Positions 25,401 through 40,400 of a DNA stretch of 64,000 nt are shown one piece after another. The stretch lies in NCBI GenBank assembly GCA_964035545.1, contig OZ037767.1, positions 25,498,628-25,562,627 of the forward strand, given 5' to 3'. Source of the DNA: Bugula neritina (Eukaryota; Animalia; Bryozoa). The notes beneath the pieces were generated by a model. It had not been told where the DNA came from, searched no databases, and saw nothing but the letters and a program-made list of their open reading frames with translations. The position numbers and the translations under genes were made by a program. The first letter of the stretch is position 1; the number at the start of each line of letters is the position of its first letter.

Positions 25401-28400
25401 AGATGAATGTTTGTCTATATAATAGGTCTTCTAGTAGCTGGTAATGAAATCCTCTCATATAGCAGAGGTATTTTGGTGTTGCACGGCGAGATTCTGTTAC
25501 AGAACTGTGTCAAGACAGCCCTTGTAGAAGCTGCTGATGCCAGTGGTTTGGAGTGCATCACTACAATCATCTTCTCGATGATAGATTACAAACAGGGCTG
25601 CCTCCTGCCCCGCCCCTGTAGCACTTGGTGCAAGGATACTCTACTACCACTACTACTTCATGTGGAGGCAACTCCTGCTGTGGAGGACAACTTCCTTTTT
25701 GTTAGTAGGTCAGTGTTTGCTTTCATATGTTATATCCATTGTGTATTGGTATTAGGTGATGAGAAGTAGATATGTAAGGAATCAAACAAACTGCTGGTAA
25801 ACATTGTGCAGGAATATAAAACAATACCTTTTAGTCCAGCTTCTCCATTTCACTCTGTATCTATTGATTTAAAGTATGTTTTATAATTGATCACTGGTGC
25901 TTTGTCAGTACATGTTTTGTAATTGAAAATTTTTCAGTTTTTCTCCGCACTTTTGACAGTTTTGAGTTGATAGGAAATTTAAACTTTGCTCTCCAAAATC
26001 ATTTACAAGATTTTTATTAAAACCTGTAGATGTTATCTTAAGCTATGTACCAAGTCAGTTGGTATGGTAAATTGATATTCTTTTGCTGTTGGCAATATGT
26101 ATTATTTATTTACCATTTAGCACTGTTTATGATGCACATCTTTTGGTAATTTGTCAGCACCTATAGACATCACGTTACATTGTGTCTCTTCTACAGGGTG
26201 CTGGAGAGTTTGTCTTCGCTGTTGCGGGGTGAAAAGGTCAAGGTTGACACAGCTACCATAGTAACGTGTCTCAATGCTGTCTACTGTAAACAGAATGTGA
26301 AATTCGTCTCCCAAATCTTTACCTTCACAGAATCTCTATTCAGCTATTCCCAGTTTGACAAAGTATGTACACATATCCTTTGGTTTATGTTATTCCAATT
26401 TAACTTTTGGTTCTATTTTCATGTTTTAATTAAAAAATTTGGCTTTTTTAAATATTTGTAAAGCCATGTAAAATTCTATTTTATTGCAATTAATTAGTGA
26501 GAAGACAACTACTAAACACTTGAGTCCTTCACCTTTAATCCTGCTATATGAGTGATAGTGATAGATTTCTTGTATTTTTCCACAACTTATTGATAGGAAG
26601 AAAGTTTTAATTTTCTATAGTCGACACATAGAAGTATAGCTTTTCTACCCTGTTGATTTATTTTATGAATAGTAACAGCATTTCTTATAATATCGCTATT
26701 TATCTTGCTCTACAAGCATCGTCAATTTAATAGCAAAGTTTGAAAATTACCGTGTGGCTGCATTTAGTTTAATCTAATATCAACTCTAGTTTAAACAATG
26801 TTTTGATCTATTTATTTGTCTCTACTTGTTTTAGTGGAATATGTTGGGAGATTGAATTGTAATTACTAAATTCCTAGTCAGAGCATTTCTTGGACAAAAA
26901 GAAGTTTTTTATATCAAATTAACTGTGCTAAGTATTTACTTTAAGCAACTTAATGCTAGGGAAATAAATGATTGCAAAAGAGTCAAAATTCTCTAGCGAT
27001 AAACACTTTCCATCAATCAACATGCTATACACATATTGCGTTATTTTGTCAAGGATGTGTTGAGGAAGCTTCTAGAATATTGTACAGACTGCTTGTCTCT
27101 GCAACAATCTGAAGAATCCGAGATGCAAGTATTAGCCATACTTACCAAACTTGTACTGGACAGAAGACCGATATGCAGGGACGGTGTATACAGGCCCCTC
27201 AACCCATACTCTCTCGCTCCAAGAACTCAGGCGTTAGTATTTTATATTGGCTGAGATTTCTTCTATTTTTGATTATTTATAAGTTATGTAAAAGGCATAC
27301 ACAATCAATTGTGCCACATTTTTACCCTGGTATGGCAATTTTGTTTTATGACTTGGCATTTGATATTTGAACAAAAAGTTCATTTTTCTTCAATGCCTGT
27401 AGAATATTTGGTAAATCTTATATTGCAATCAGCACCTTCTAGGAATACATGTATATATTTGTATTGAACTTGATCTCTTTGAATAAGGTTAACGATTTTT
27501 TTAAATATAAACATTGCAAAAGTTAGAATTTGAAGAACAACATACTTGGGTCACATTTCTGTAGTGAAAGAGTTATTTAAAACATTATAACCCAAGCTGC
27601 AAGAATGGTGTGGTATAAGGATTACGAAAATTAAAGTTATAAATTAAAGTTTTGCCAACTCTGCCAGAGTGTATGCAGCTGATCTATAAACTTTACACGA
27701 ATGTGTCATTGCAGTGATGTTATTGGAAGTTGTCTGCTCAATGTCATCAGCAGCCAAGATAAAACTTTTGATGAAATATGGGCTGCTCTGACTATTATCC
27801 CTCATTATACACCAACCTGTAAGGTTAGTACTGTACTCATGTTGAAATAGAAATATTTTCTGTTGGTTGCTCTTAAATGTACGTATATCAATTGTTAATT
27901 TTGTTATAGTTTCAGGTTCGTTTTAATCAATATTGGCTATTAATTGAAGTTGGTACATCAAAACACCCAATACATATGCTACTCATGTGTTATAGAATAC
28001 TCAATACACAGTAATATATATGCTACTCATATGTTATAGAATACTCAATACTCAGTAATATATATGCTACTCATATGTTATAGAATACTCAATACACAGT
28101 AATATATATGCTACTCATATGTTATAGAGTACTCAATACACAGTAATATATATGCTACTCATATGTTATAGAATACTCAATACACAGTAATATATATGCT
28201 ACTCATATGTTATAGAGTACTCAATACACAGTAATATATATGCTACTCATATGTTATAGAATACTCAATACAAAGTAATATATATGCTACTCATATGTTA
28301 TAGAATACTCAATACACAGTAATATATATGCTACTCATATGTTATAGAATACTCAATACACAGTAATATATATGCTACTCATATGTTATAGAATACTCAA

Positions 28401-31400
28401 TACGCAGTAATATATATGCTACTCATATATTACAGAAGGCAAGTCAACAAGTACTAGAAACTGTGCTCAGTCGTCTGTGTCAACAGCTACTGACCAATGA
28501 GAGTGCTAGCTGCTCACAAGTGGCTTACACAGCTTGTCAATGTCTACAAAGTCTGCTGTGGGTGACCAGTGACGGTGGGCAGTCCTGCCCAGTGCCTGTG
28601 TTTGAGTTGCTTGAGTAAGTCATTGGTCATGTACAGAAGCTTGTCTGTATGCTCTTAATGGGAGATATGTTCAGTTTACTTTACATCACATGAATCTGTT
28701 ACAGGAAATACCCCTCCCATGAAGTGGTGCTAGAGCTCTGCTCTGCATGTCTCACCTGTCCCAACTCCGACATCACCAACTTGCTGACTACCGAGAGATT
28801 TGTTTCCATCTATCCGGTGCTCAAGAATAATATTAGTTCACACAACTCCCAAGTAAGTATTATTGATGATTCATTTCCTGTTTTCGCCTGGTGTTTTGTA
28901 GCTGATTTTGTAGTTTTGCTATTTATTGAGTCTCATTGAATAGCGATTATTCTGAATATAAACCCCTCTGGCAAATATTCATGTATTGATGAAAACACTT
29001 TTCAATGTCTGGTGGGTGAAATTTTTAAGCTCTCAAGTTTCTTAATTTGTATGTTTGCTGATAGCTCCAAATAAGTTCATGAGTTCATAGCTCCAAATAA
29101 GTACATCATTTTTCTCCACTTTATCATGTTATTTTATTACTTCCTGTCTCTCCTTCTAGGTTCGCCGCCTGACTTTGAGAATACTGTCGCTGTTTGATGT
29201 TACGTCTCCCGCTTCTCAGTCAGACGAAGCCTTAGATGCTACAGAGCTTTGTAGTAACGCTAAAGAGTCCGTCTTCACTGTGTGCCTCAAATCTGAAGAG
29301 CAGCATGCTACGCTCCAAGACTACAGGTGAGTCCTACACAGCAACCTTGTATACTAAACAGCAGCCATATAACACTATATCTACCCAGGAGTCTTGATCT
29401 TACAAGAGTCTGTAATATTCAGTGTTGGCAATATTTCTGTTTTGTTTTTCTCAAGATATTCTCTTTGTACTTCTGGTGCCTTATGATTATTTCTAGTATC
29501 CAACCTTGTAGGATCTACTTTCTGTATACACAGGAAACTCCATGCTGTGGTTGTCCCTCTTGTTATTGCTCACCTTGTCAAGTTCCATTATTATTTAGAA
29601 AACAATATCAATGTTCCAACTTCTGCTTGTAGAATGAATAAGCCTTGGATTTTATATTCTTACTTTGGCTGTTCCTTATACATCTGTATTTATAGTCACA
29701 TTTCAACTTGTGGTAAATTAACATCATGTTGCAATGGCAGTTCACATCTCTTGTTACATCTTTATATAAGTTGACACCAATGATGCTCTTGTAGAGAAAA
29801 GCTGAGGCTATTACGGCAGCTGGACTACAGTCTGGTCAACCATCATCTGCCCGAAGACGGGGCGTTAGATGACGTCCCCTTAAGGTATCTCACATCAGTG
29901 TTCTACGTCAACTTCTCCATGCTGTGGCCCGAAACTGTCACACTGATAGAATCTCACGCTTCATCCTTGGATAAAAAGGTGTTGTGGGATTGCTACAGAC
30001 CGATACTTCAAACTGCTGCTAAAAGCTGTTGTAATCATGGTAAGAGTGCCAGGTGTTTTAATTTAGTTCCGGCAAAGAGAAGTTTTAATGGCGTTTTATG
30101 TCACTAACTCTTTCATCGGCTCTAAATAAGGAAAACTGGTTCATATCTTATGGAAAATAGAAATCAGTTGCAATAATTATCAACACTGATGCTATACTCC
30201 TGTATCCATTAGTCCCATACTGTAATATTAAGTAAATTTGAGTTTTTCTGTTATTGGAAATATTTATGTTTACTAAGTTTTATTAAGAAAGAAAAGTATT
30301 ATTCTCACTTTAAAAATTATGAAATGTCTGTAGATGCAGAAAGTGATTGGGGCTAGACCTTCTTCAGCATAGCATACTTTTAACTTTCAGCGTGAATAGC
30401 AGTTTAGTGTGTTGATAATTTTACATATTCAAGTCTTGTTGATAAGGGAGATGCTTTATGAACATTTTGATGCAAAAACATGGCAGATATTGAATCACAA
30501 TAGTATTATCAGCTTGCATTATGATTTCTATTTGTAGCGGCCATAGATACTGCAGATACTTGCGAGGAATCATCTTCTCTTACAGAAATATTCAGCACTT
30601 CATGCGATGAAAATGCCACTACTAGTAGTGATAGAGTGGACTACTATAACTACAGACACCTTCTTTGGAAGGCCATGCTTGAGTTCCCTAAAAAGTGTGA
30701 ACAGAGCTCCAAGGCTATTGTACAACTTTTCTTCCAATTCCTTGAGTAAGTAGAGCTAGTGAAAGGTACTCAATTTCCTGTCTATTATATTATATTATAT
30801 GGATGCTTGTGTTATTAGTTTTAGTAACAGTAATTGTTGCACTTTTTACTATTGTGGCACCCTGGTATACACATGAGTTTGGAAACTGACAATTTATCCC
30901 CCATTTGTGTCATTTATATTTCTTGGTGTTGACATCATTTATTACAGCCCTGTCGCTTTTTGCAAGTATATCTGTTACCGAGAATGTTTTCAGCACCATG
31001 TTGAATGATGAAGGAAATGACATGCTAATAGTGAGGTTTGAACCCTTGCAGTACTCTTTCCATTAGCTTGCACGATACAAGCATGGCTAAAAGTGTCTAA
31101 TATTTGTAATGTGGAGTTTAATATGCTCATAGATAGGTTGAATATCTGTCTTCAATCAATGAAACTGGAAAAGGCTCACTCCACACTGTTAGCTAGTTGG
31201 TGCTAAGAGGGTTAAACCCAATTGTTTGGCATGTTATTTCCAGACAGCTTCATTTATTGACTATTATGCGTTGCAGAGGTGTTTCTATTACATATGCATA
31301 TCTTTTAGGAAAGAGTATTACATTGCGGAGTTTTATGATGCCCCGACAGAAGACATCAGCAAGCAGAATAGCCATGTCAAGGTTGATGGTGAGCTGGAAG

Positions 31401-34400
31401 AAGACCAGCAGGAAACCAAGGTTTGTCTACACATGATAGTGAACTTGTTCCACATTTCGCTGTGGCAGCTTGCTTGACTTTGCCGTGTAAATCAAGCTTG
31501 GCTGAAACCCTTCCTATCTTAATAATTATCTTATATTTAGACTTCCTTGTTTTCAGTATTTTGCTCCTTGAATATTGAACCAAAACTTGCAGGTCTCGTT
31601 ACTTTACTTGGGATTATAGTTGTTTATGTAACTAAATACAATGAAAGCTATCACTCTCTCAAATTATACGTGTGTTTTGTTTTGTAGAAGCGTTCTAAGA
31701 TTGTGTACGAGACGTTCATTACTATGCTCAATCTCTTCTCCAAGTTTAAGAACCCAGCTAGAGTGTCTGAGGAGCAGAGACTCCACAAACTGTACAGTGA
31801 TCTGCTCCAGCACCGTGATATCGCTATTCAGAAGGTTGGTGCAGACGACAACATGTCTTATTGTCTCACAGACCTCTATACTACCTGCTCGTGTCATATC
31901 TTGGTATCTCACAGATCTCTATACTATGTGCTCATGTCATGTGCCCGCCTTCTTATGACAGTAAACACTCATGCTTTTCATTTACCATCTGACAATGGTG
32001 TTTTATTTTTTGCTGTCTTCAGATTTCAGTCATCACAAAGAGTGCTCAGAGTTGCTAGAACTCAATATTGGTTTCACTATTTAGTGATGCTGTCTCCTTA
32101 TTGCAGATTGTGTTGAAGTGTCTCATGACTTACAAGAAAAAGCAGCTGCTGCCGTACCACGAGAATTTGGAGAACCTGTTGAATGATGCCACATTCCGCA
32201 ACGAGCTGACTCAGTTTAGCATAGACTCGGAGAATAGCATCGTCAAGGAAGAACACCGGCCAGCTGTGGTGCCAGTTTTAATTAGAATTCTCTACGGTAA
32301 GTTGGCTATGTACACCATTGGGTATTGGTAGTTGTCCTTCCTCTGTCCTTTCGGTTATGTGGGCATATTTGCTAATAACCTTTGAATTCATTTGTATTAG
32401 TATAGATTTTGTGTAAAGAGTAAATTGGGAATCACAATGTTACAATTTCGTCTGCAGCTAAATTCAAGTATAAATATTTTGTCTAAAGTATAATATAAAG
32501 TATTAGCATTGGTTGGCTGATAATGCTTTGCTCCTGATTGGTTTGTAAGCTGCGTCTCAACTAACTAGTACAAGTACAACTTATCTACTTTATTTAGTTT
32601 CTAGGTTTTGTTCTATCATGACAACTAAAAGTGTGTACTGTGGCTTAGTGATGCTGTGTAACTGTTCCAGGTCGTATGTTGCACTCGACTGGAAAGGAGA
32701 CTAAAGGTCGGGGGTCAAAGAGTGACCTCAGAAGAACCATAGTTCTTTCCTTTCTTGCCGGATGTCGGGAGGAAGAGTTGGCTATTCTCCTTGACCTTGT
32801 CTGCGAACCTGTGACACCCCTGCTGCAGTCAGGTTTGTGTTAGCTCTTGTTACAGCTGCTGTTGCTAACGGTGGAAATGTGTAATGTGAACAAACTATTG
32901 GCCGTTTTAGTTGTTAAGTAATGGTGGTTCAACTGGTGTTGATTAGAGACCAGCTGTGGCTGGTTGTTTAAAAGACACATTGGGAGGGCTGTAGCTCCCA
33001 ACACTTGGGAAAGTTTATTCAATTTCCAGAGCAGAGAGTTGTCTGCTCTAAAATAACGTAGGCTATGATGAAAAAAGACGAGGTAGTTTAAGAAAGGCCC
33101 TGGCACATGTTGGTTAAACCTTGGTGATACAGGAAAATAGTCGCTAGTGTCTACCATCTGTACTATTAGAGGCAAATGATTGCACTTGACTAGTAGCTCC
33201 TTGTGTTTCAGATTTCCCACAATCCCTGGATCTGTGCAAAGCCACTCCCCCCAAGAAGGTGCTGGGTGTGCTCAGTACCATCGTATCCATGATGGAGAAG
33301 TTGAATCATCTAATGGTCCCTCACTATACCAAACTGCTACACTTGCTGGTCTGTACTTCTCGTTAAGTACTAGTCTCTCAGTTCTTAGACAGGATGTTGT
33401 GAAAAGGTTCTAGTGTGATGTGCTATAAGTGCTTCTAAAAAAATATTATTATTTTTTTGTTTAATAATGTGTGTTTCAAGTACTGGCTGTTTGGATTTGC
33501 CCACATCACTGCTGTACCTTGTTGTAGACTAAGTCCGCTATCCTCTGTCAGGATTGCAAGTTGAAGTACGTCATGGTTTATGTTACGTAGGGCCACACAG
33601 TGTGTCACTGCTAGTAGGCTTCATATTTGTTATGCTATTTTAGTTGAGCCTAATTCAATATGCTGCGTTCTTATTGGATGAGAAAAGAGATCAAATCAAC
33701 AATAAAACAATAAACAGCATGAAAACCGCTCGACAAACGGCCATTAAATGTTTGGCACAGGTAAGCTCTCGAGTCATCTTGAGAAGTTTGTTGGTTTTTG
33801 CGTGCGTTAAAATAAAAAAAGTTCTGACAATGGTTAACTTGTCATCTAGTTTTTGTTTCCTAGAAATATTCTGCGAGAGTTGAATCTCTATCGCTGTTTA
33901 ACCACATGTTGTAGTTTATGGACAAAAATTTAGAGTACATATACACTGACACTGAAATGACAAGAATATTTGATGTAGCCGTGTGGCCTCAGCTCCTACG
34001 CCTCTCTGTAGAGGGGACATCGGCTCCTACAGCCTTACTCACCCTGATCCACACATGGAGTAGCTATAGAAGGTTTGGCTATGATTTCATTTAATCTCAC
34101 CCATGTTGTTCATGTGCTACTCGTACTGATAATGACACACCATCGTATTAGGGGATGACAAATAGCAAAATAGTAAAATAATTCACTGATATACTAATAA
34201 TGGTGCAGACGGTTACTAACACACCATTGTATTAGATTTTAGAAGAATTAATACTTAATACTTGTTATTTTCTTCTCATCTTCTGCTATGCAGATACTTA
34301 CCTTTGATGCTCAAGAAAAGTGCCCTGCATGCAGACTACCCTCTCAGTGCTGTTATGAAGCTCCTTGCATCTCCACTTTGTAAACTAGCTGTGGGAACTA

Positions 34401-37400
34401 CCATCATGAACATTATTGAGAACATTCTAGACTTCAACAGCTCAACCTCTACCTCTATGGACGTTGACAATACACTGGCAATCCCTGTCGGAGAGATCGT
34501 AGCAGTTGATGATTCTGGTATGTTGATATGATTGCTAGTGGGGTTTCTTTATAACTAAACTTTTTAAATTTGAATACATGGCAAGTGGTGAATATAATTA
34601 TTTGGTAAGGTAACAGTATTTCTTTTCTTTAGTTCTCTCACAGCTTCTATAGCAACTGTTGCTATGGGGTTAGTTTTGCGTATCAATGAAATTATTTGTG
34701 GCATTTTTCTGGTCTGTCTAAATACTAAGAAACAGTTGTGCTAACATCAAACTAAACTAAACTACTATGGGGAGCTCATAAGTCACATGTCTTTATACAA
34801 TTCGGTTTTCTCATATCCATTTGTCTCCGTCCCCGTGAGAACCCTATAAGCACTTGCTAGGCTGACGCTCTAACCACTAGACAGCGTATTTGTTTTTTAA
34901 TCTCTTATGACTTATCCAACTGACTTGTGATTTTTTAAAGAAATGCAATTTAAATGTACTGCATTTTCTACCCAACCGAGTTATCTTTCCACTTACACTT
35001 GGTATGTTGTTATATATTATTATATTATATTATGTTGTTATATATTATATTATATTATGTTGTTATATATTATATATTATTCACTACTCAATACATCAAC
35101 CTGCTTACACTTGATATATATATTTGTAGCCGGGAGTTATGAGGTTGGCATGTTGGTACCTCACTTGCCAGTAGTTATTAGTTATATCAAAGATAGGGTG
35201 TCAAAGGCTACGATCAAAGGAACCAATCAGAATGCATTTCCTATGAAAGAGCTCAACATACTCTCAGTGTATGTCTATCTATTTAATCACTAGTCACTAC
35301 ATGTATAAGTCATTTTATATTTTATGTAGTTTCTAATACCTCTAATGAACATGTATGTGCTATACTAAACTTTACAGTAGAACCTAGAAATCCCTTTCCC
35401 ATGTCTTACTAATCAGCATTTTTTACTTGAGATTTTTAGTAGGCTGAATATTGATTCTATTCAACCTCCAGATTCTAGCAGACCTGTGATTTACTCTTAC
35501 AGATGCAGCCAGTATGTAAACTCTCCAGATTTATGCACCTCTCTCTTGTCACAGCTTCTACCTTTCCTTACGGGTGGCTCATCACGGCTCTCTGAGGAAA
35601 TACAGTGTGGTATTGTGAGAACCCTGGGATCTCTAGCTAGAAAGTCTGATGATGTACACAAACAGCTGACGTGAGTCAAGTTCTCTACTTTGACATACGA
35701 GTTTAAAGTTTTAAAACATGGGGATGATAACTTCACTTTTTAGCAATTGTACACAAAATCATAACATATATTAGCTTGATGTTTGTCTAAATTCAATAGC
35801 TAGCAATGTGTTATTAGATTTAACAACAATAACTTATGGCTTTATTCAAGTGTTGTTTATAGGTGAGTTTTAGTGTTTTGTGTTGTTCATTGCCTGTAGA
35901 TGCTAATGGCTTTTGTAAACATCTGTCTAATATTTTTCTTGAAACTTTGTTTTTCCTGATTTCCTTGTTTAATTACAAATGAAGTTACCAAGTCTATAAC
36001 TGTATATTCTGTTATAATGTGTTGCATTAGCTTATGATATCACACAGTGATTAAGGGTGGCTACTTCAATGGCAAGACCGAAATATTTACTCAAGCTACT
36101 ATTTCATTTGCTTTTATATTATAGTTGCACAGGAAACACAATTTTATTTGGTCCGAAATGTTCTTTTTAGTTAAAAAGATTTTTTATAGTGAATGTTTGA
36201 AGCAACTGATTAGTTATTCCCTCTGTGAATTTTGTAAGCTGCGGGTCAATTGGTTATACTCTGTAATATTTAGTTAAGTGCCTGTCTATTGGCTATTCCT
36301 TGTATAAAGTTAGTAAGCTGCAAGTTCATTGGCTATTCTTTTTAAATTTGTTTAGTAAGCTGCTGGTTCTATGTTCCACTCTAACGCTGCGGTCAGTGCG
36401 CACTGAGATGGTGAAGATGTTTGATTCTTTGGCCGACATGAGTAAAGAATGCAAAGAGGTAGCTGAGTTTGTAAGAGAGGTGAGTTATCTGAACTTATTC
36501 CGTGTGAATCACTACTCAGATGTGTTCAGCAACTTTTGTGTTACCTTTTTACAAATGTAATATTCAACAGCATATTGTGTTATTGTGTGAAAATTGTTTG
36601 AAAGTTCACTTCAACTGTTTACCTGCAATCAATTAGAAATTTCGTGTGCACTTCAAGACGTGTTGATATTCTGTGAATGTATTGAATGCTCAGTAAACAT
36701 TGTTTCATTTTATATCTCTGCAGGTAAACAGCATTCTATTTTGTATGTATGCAGGTAAATGCTATTCTATTTTATGTCTATGCAGGTAAATGCGTTTGAT
36801 AGAAACCGCCTTGAGGAACCTGATTATGACAGTAGACTGGGAGCTTTCCGTGAAGTTGTATGGTGGGACTATGAGAAATGCCCCCAGAGTTTGCTTGTAG
36901 CTATTATACACAACTCCTACTACACTCTTAGATATGTAAGTAGTAAGAGTGTGTGTTGCCCTGCACTATGTATAATAAACTTGTTCACATATTCTTTTGT
37001 ACTAAAATGTAATTTATATTTCGATATTTATATAATATAGTAATATAATATAATCAGCCCAACACATAAGTGCAACTGAATGCATAATATGATCATTTTG
37101 TGACTTTAGGTAGACGATATGGCACTCAGAGACAGTTCTGCTGCCACACTACAAACACTTGTCAAGAAAATGGCAGACGTACATTATGAAGTGTGTGTAA
37201 ACAGCCACCTTGCTCCACTTGTCAGAATAGGCATACAGCTTAGGAAAGATACTATAAGGTCAGTTTAGAGATTTTATGCATGCATGTTTTTCACGCTTGT
37301 AATTTTTCTTCTTATTTTGTAAATTGTTTTCGCGAATGAGAAAAAATTATTAGTAATTTGACTCATAAATTGTAATATATTCACGTGACACCCACACAGA

Positions 37401-40400
37401 AATTACAGAAAAATAATGATATGTTTACCTAAATATAACAACTACATACATATGTTTATACGCATGTAGATCGGAGTTTATCGCCGTTTTGAGGGACATG
37501 GTGAACTCCAAACCTGACCTATACACAGACATGGTAGGACTGACCAACAGTGATAACATAGATGATGATTTTTGGGAAAACATCAGGCATATTCAGGTAC
37601 TACAAGGCTTTCTCAATCTCAGTTATTTCCCCTGCTTGCATTCCTCAGAATTTTACGACATTTTTCTTCATTCTGCCATCCAGTGTCTGATTTCTATCTC
37701 CTCATGCATACTCTTAGGTGTCACGGAGGTTGAAGGGTTTGAACAGGTTAATGAGACATCTTGACACTGTGCAGATGAAGAATACAACACTTACCAAGTA
37801 CCTGTTGCCCCTTGTCTTCTCATTTATCAAGGTAAGCTAACTCCCCATGTTACATATACTGCACTCTGGTAATGTGTATTCTTGTACCATCAGCTGGTGC
37901 ATTCTGGGTTGATGGTTGCAGGATGAGAGTGAGTACAACAAAAAGAGTGCCATGGTGGACGTGTGCATCGCCACAGTGGGAGCACTTTGCAAGCACCTGC
38001 CCTGGTCCGCTTACAAGTCTCAACTCAAAGTGTCTCTCAGTTTCCTGTCTAAAGCTGATAAGAGTAAGATGGCTGTCAGGTAATGTCATTTAGTTTCCAA
38101 CCTCCTAGCACTTTGTGTTAGTACTCTGTTCTAATGTTGAATTGTGTACTTTAGTCAACATAATGCATTGATGCATGCATACAAAATTGTAATAATTAAT
38201 ATGTACTTTTGTAGCTGTAATCTCAGTTTTGTAATGGCAATGTTGTTAAACCATCATGCTTTTCACTGACTATTCTATTATTTCGTAAATAAGATTAGAT
38301 AAAAGTCATCAAGAGAGTAAGCTTTTCTTTATTGATATCTGTCAACTGTCCGAGTGTGTTCTTTCAGGTTGATTTGTACAATACTGGATTCCTTCCACTA
38401 CGACCTCTCGCAGAGTCAGTACGTGGAGACTCAGGTTGGTAAGCACCTCACCACCGACACAGCCACGCCCAAGAGACAGAAAACGGAAAACTCAGCCGAA
38501 ACCAGAGTAGCTGCAGATGAGAAGCCTACAGAGCAGCCCGTCGTTACCTTGTCTGCGATAGAAGGAGCTGAGGCTAGTTCTATGGATGTTACAGAAACCA
38601 GTGAAGATGTAGATGAGGGCATAGATGTATGTGCTGAGTAATCTCTCTCTATCTCTATCTGTCGTTACGTGCTATTATATCTCAATCTGTCGTTACGTGC
38701 TGTTATATCTCTATCTTGTCGTTATATTGCTCCCTTAGCATGTATTATATGCTAATTTTAACATTTTAGCATTTTCCAGTATAAAGTTGACCAAATAGTA
38801 AATTGAAAAATTTCATTGAACAGTTATAGACTAACTGTAGACTATAGAGTCATGTGATGAAACTTAATGTTAAAGAATTCTTCTGAAGGCTGCATGTCTA
38901 TTTGGTCATTTGTCTTCAGTTATTGGCATACTTCAATTACATCAGGATGTACATTATACACAGTTGCTTACATCATCTGTCAGCAAGTCCTGCTGTGTCA
39001 TTGTTACTTATTTATAGTCTTTTTACCAGACTTCGATTACCTGAAGTAATTTTGTTAATCTCGTATAAAATAATATTAAATGAATACTATTATTATCCTG
39101 TAGGTGATAAATACATACTTTGAGATAGTTTTCCATTAGTTATGTATACATATCACCATAGCTTGTTATTGCCATTTTGTTAAACATCCTAAATTTGTTA
39201 ATATATGTTGCATTATGTTGTGATTAATAGTTGCAGTAAAGTATAACATAGGGGGCGGAGTGAAGGCTTGAACATGGGCTTTTAGGAGCGGTTTTTATAT
39301 TGGTTGCAGTTTTATGTGGTTTAATTTTTTGTTTATCAGAGTTGCCATGTTTTGGGTGTAAACATTTTAGATGGACTCTGAAACTCAAGAACTGAAACAA
39401 GTGTCTGAGACAGAAGGGGAGGGTGCCTTGGTGTCTACTGTCATAAAGTGTCCCCCTGTTTTGGCCACTTCTATCCACTCCTACGTAATAGGCTCTATTC
39501 TCCCGCAGCTCCACCAAATACTGAGTCAGAAGTCCTCGTCTGATGATCAGCACAAAGAGAATAGATCTGTGAGTACCTTTGCCCCAGCACTCCGCTGTAC
39601 CATCTGTTCTGTGTAGTGGTGCTGCTGTACCATCTCATCTGTGTAATGGTGCTGCTGTACCATCTCGTCTGTGTAGTGGTGACTCTGTTGGCATCTCAAA
39701 CACATTTTCTTCAGCCAATTTTCCTATATAAAAGTAATTTACCATTTCACTGCGTGTTACTTCTTAGCTGCATCCAGATCAGGAGGAGATTCAAAGGGTT
39801 CCACTCGCTATAGCTATAGTTAAACTTCTGCAGAAGATATCATCTGACACACTGGGCAGACATCTCCCAAGGTGAGGCATAGCGTTGTGCTTATGGCCTG
39901 TGATTGGTCGATCATCGATTATGTGCGGCAGTGGCTGTCTTTTGTTCAATTGCTTTCTGGCTTGCAACTTTAGATCAAAGTAACTATTAAATTAACCTAA
40001 CTAATAAATGAAAATAATGTAACTGCTGTAGTGCACTATTGAATTATTAAATGAATATAGTGTAACTGCTGTAGTGTACTTTTGAATTAATAAATAAATA
40101 TAATGTAACTGCTGTAATTTACTATTGAATTAATAAATAAATATAATGTAACTGCTGTAGTGTACTCGCCAAAGTATGTCATTTCCTGAAGTCCAGAGCT
40201 GAAGATATCCGAGATGCTGGCAGACAGACTCTGGCTAAGATTCTGGCGTGTCTCGGGCTGTCGTATATGCCTACCATAACTCAGCAGCTCAAGTCTACGC
40301 TGGTTAGAGGTAGGACATCATCTCCGTGTTTGTTCTTATATGAATAAATACAGAAATGTGTTGTGTTGCAGGTTTATTTATTTACTAAATGTTACAGGTT

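Noticed and set aside
27970-28437. Regular repeat array resembling a CRISPR array
   Set aside because: Head-to-tail units with no unique spacers, eukaryotic intron context and no cas genes.
38369-39568. Acidic low-complexity insertion in UTP20
   Set aside because: A variable acidic loop in a HEAT-repeat protein; no reason to think it unusual.
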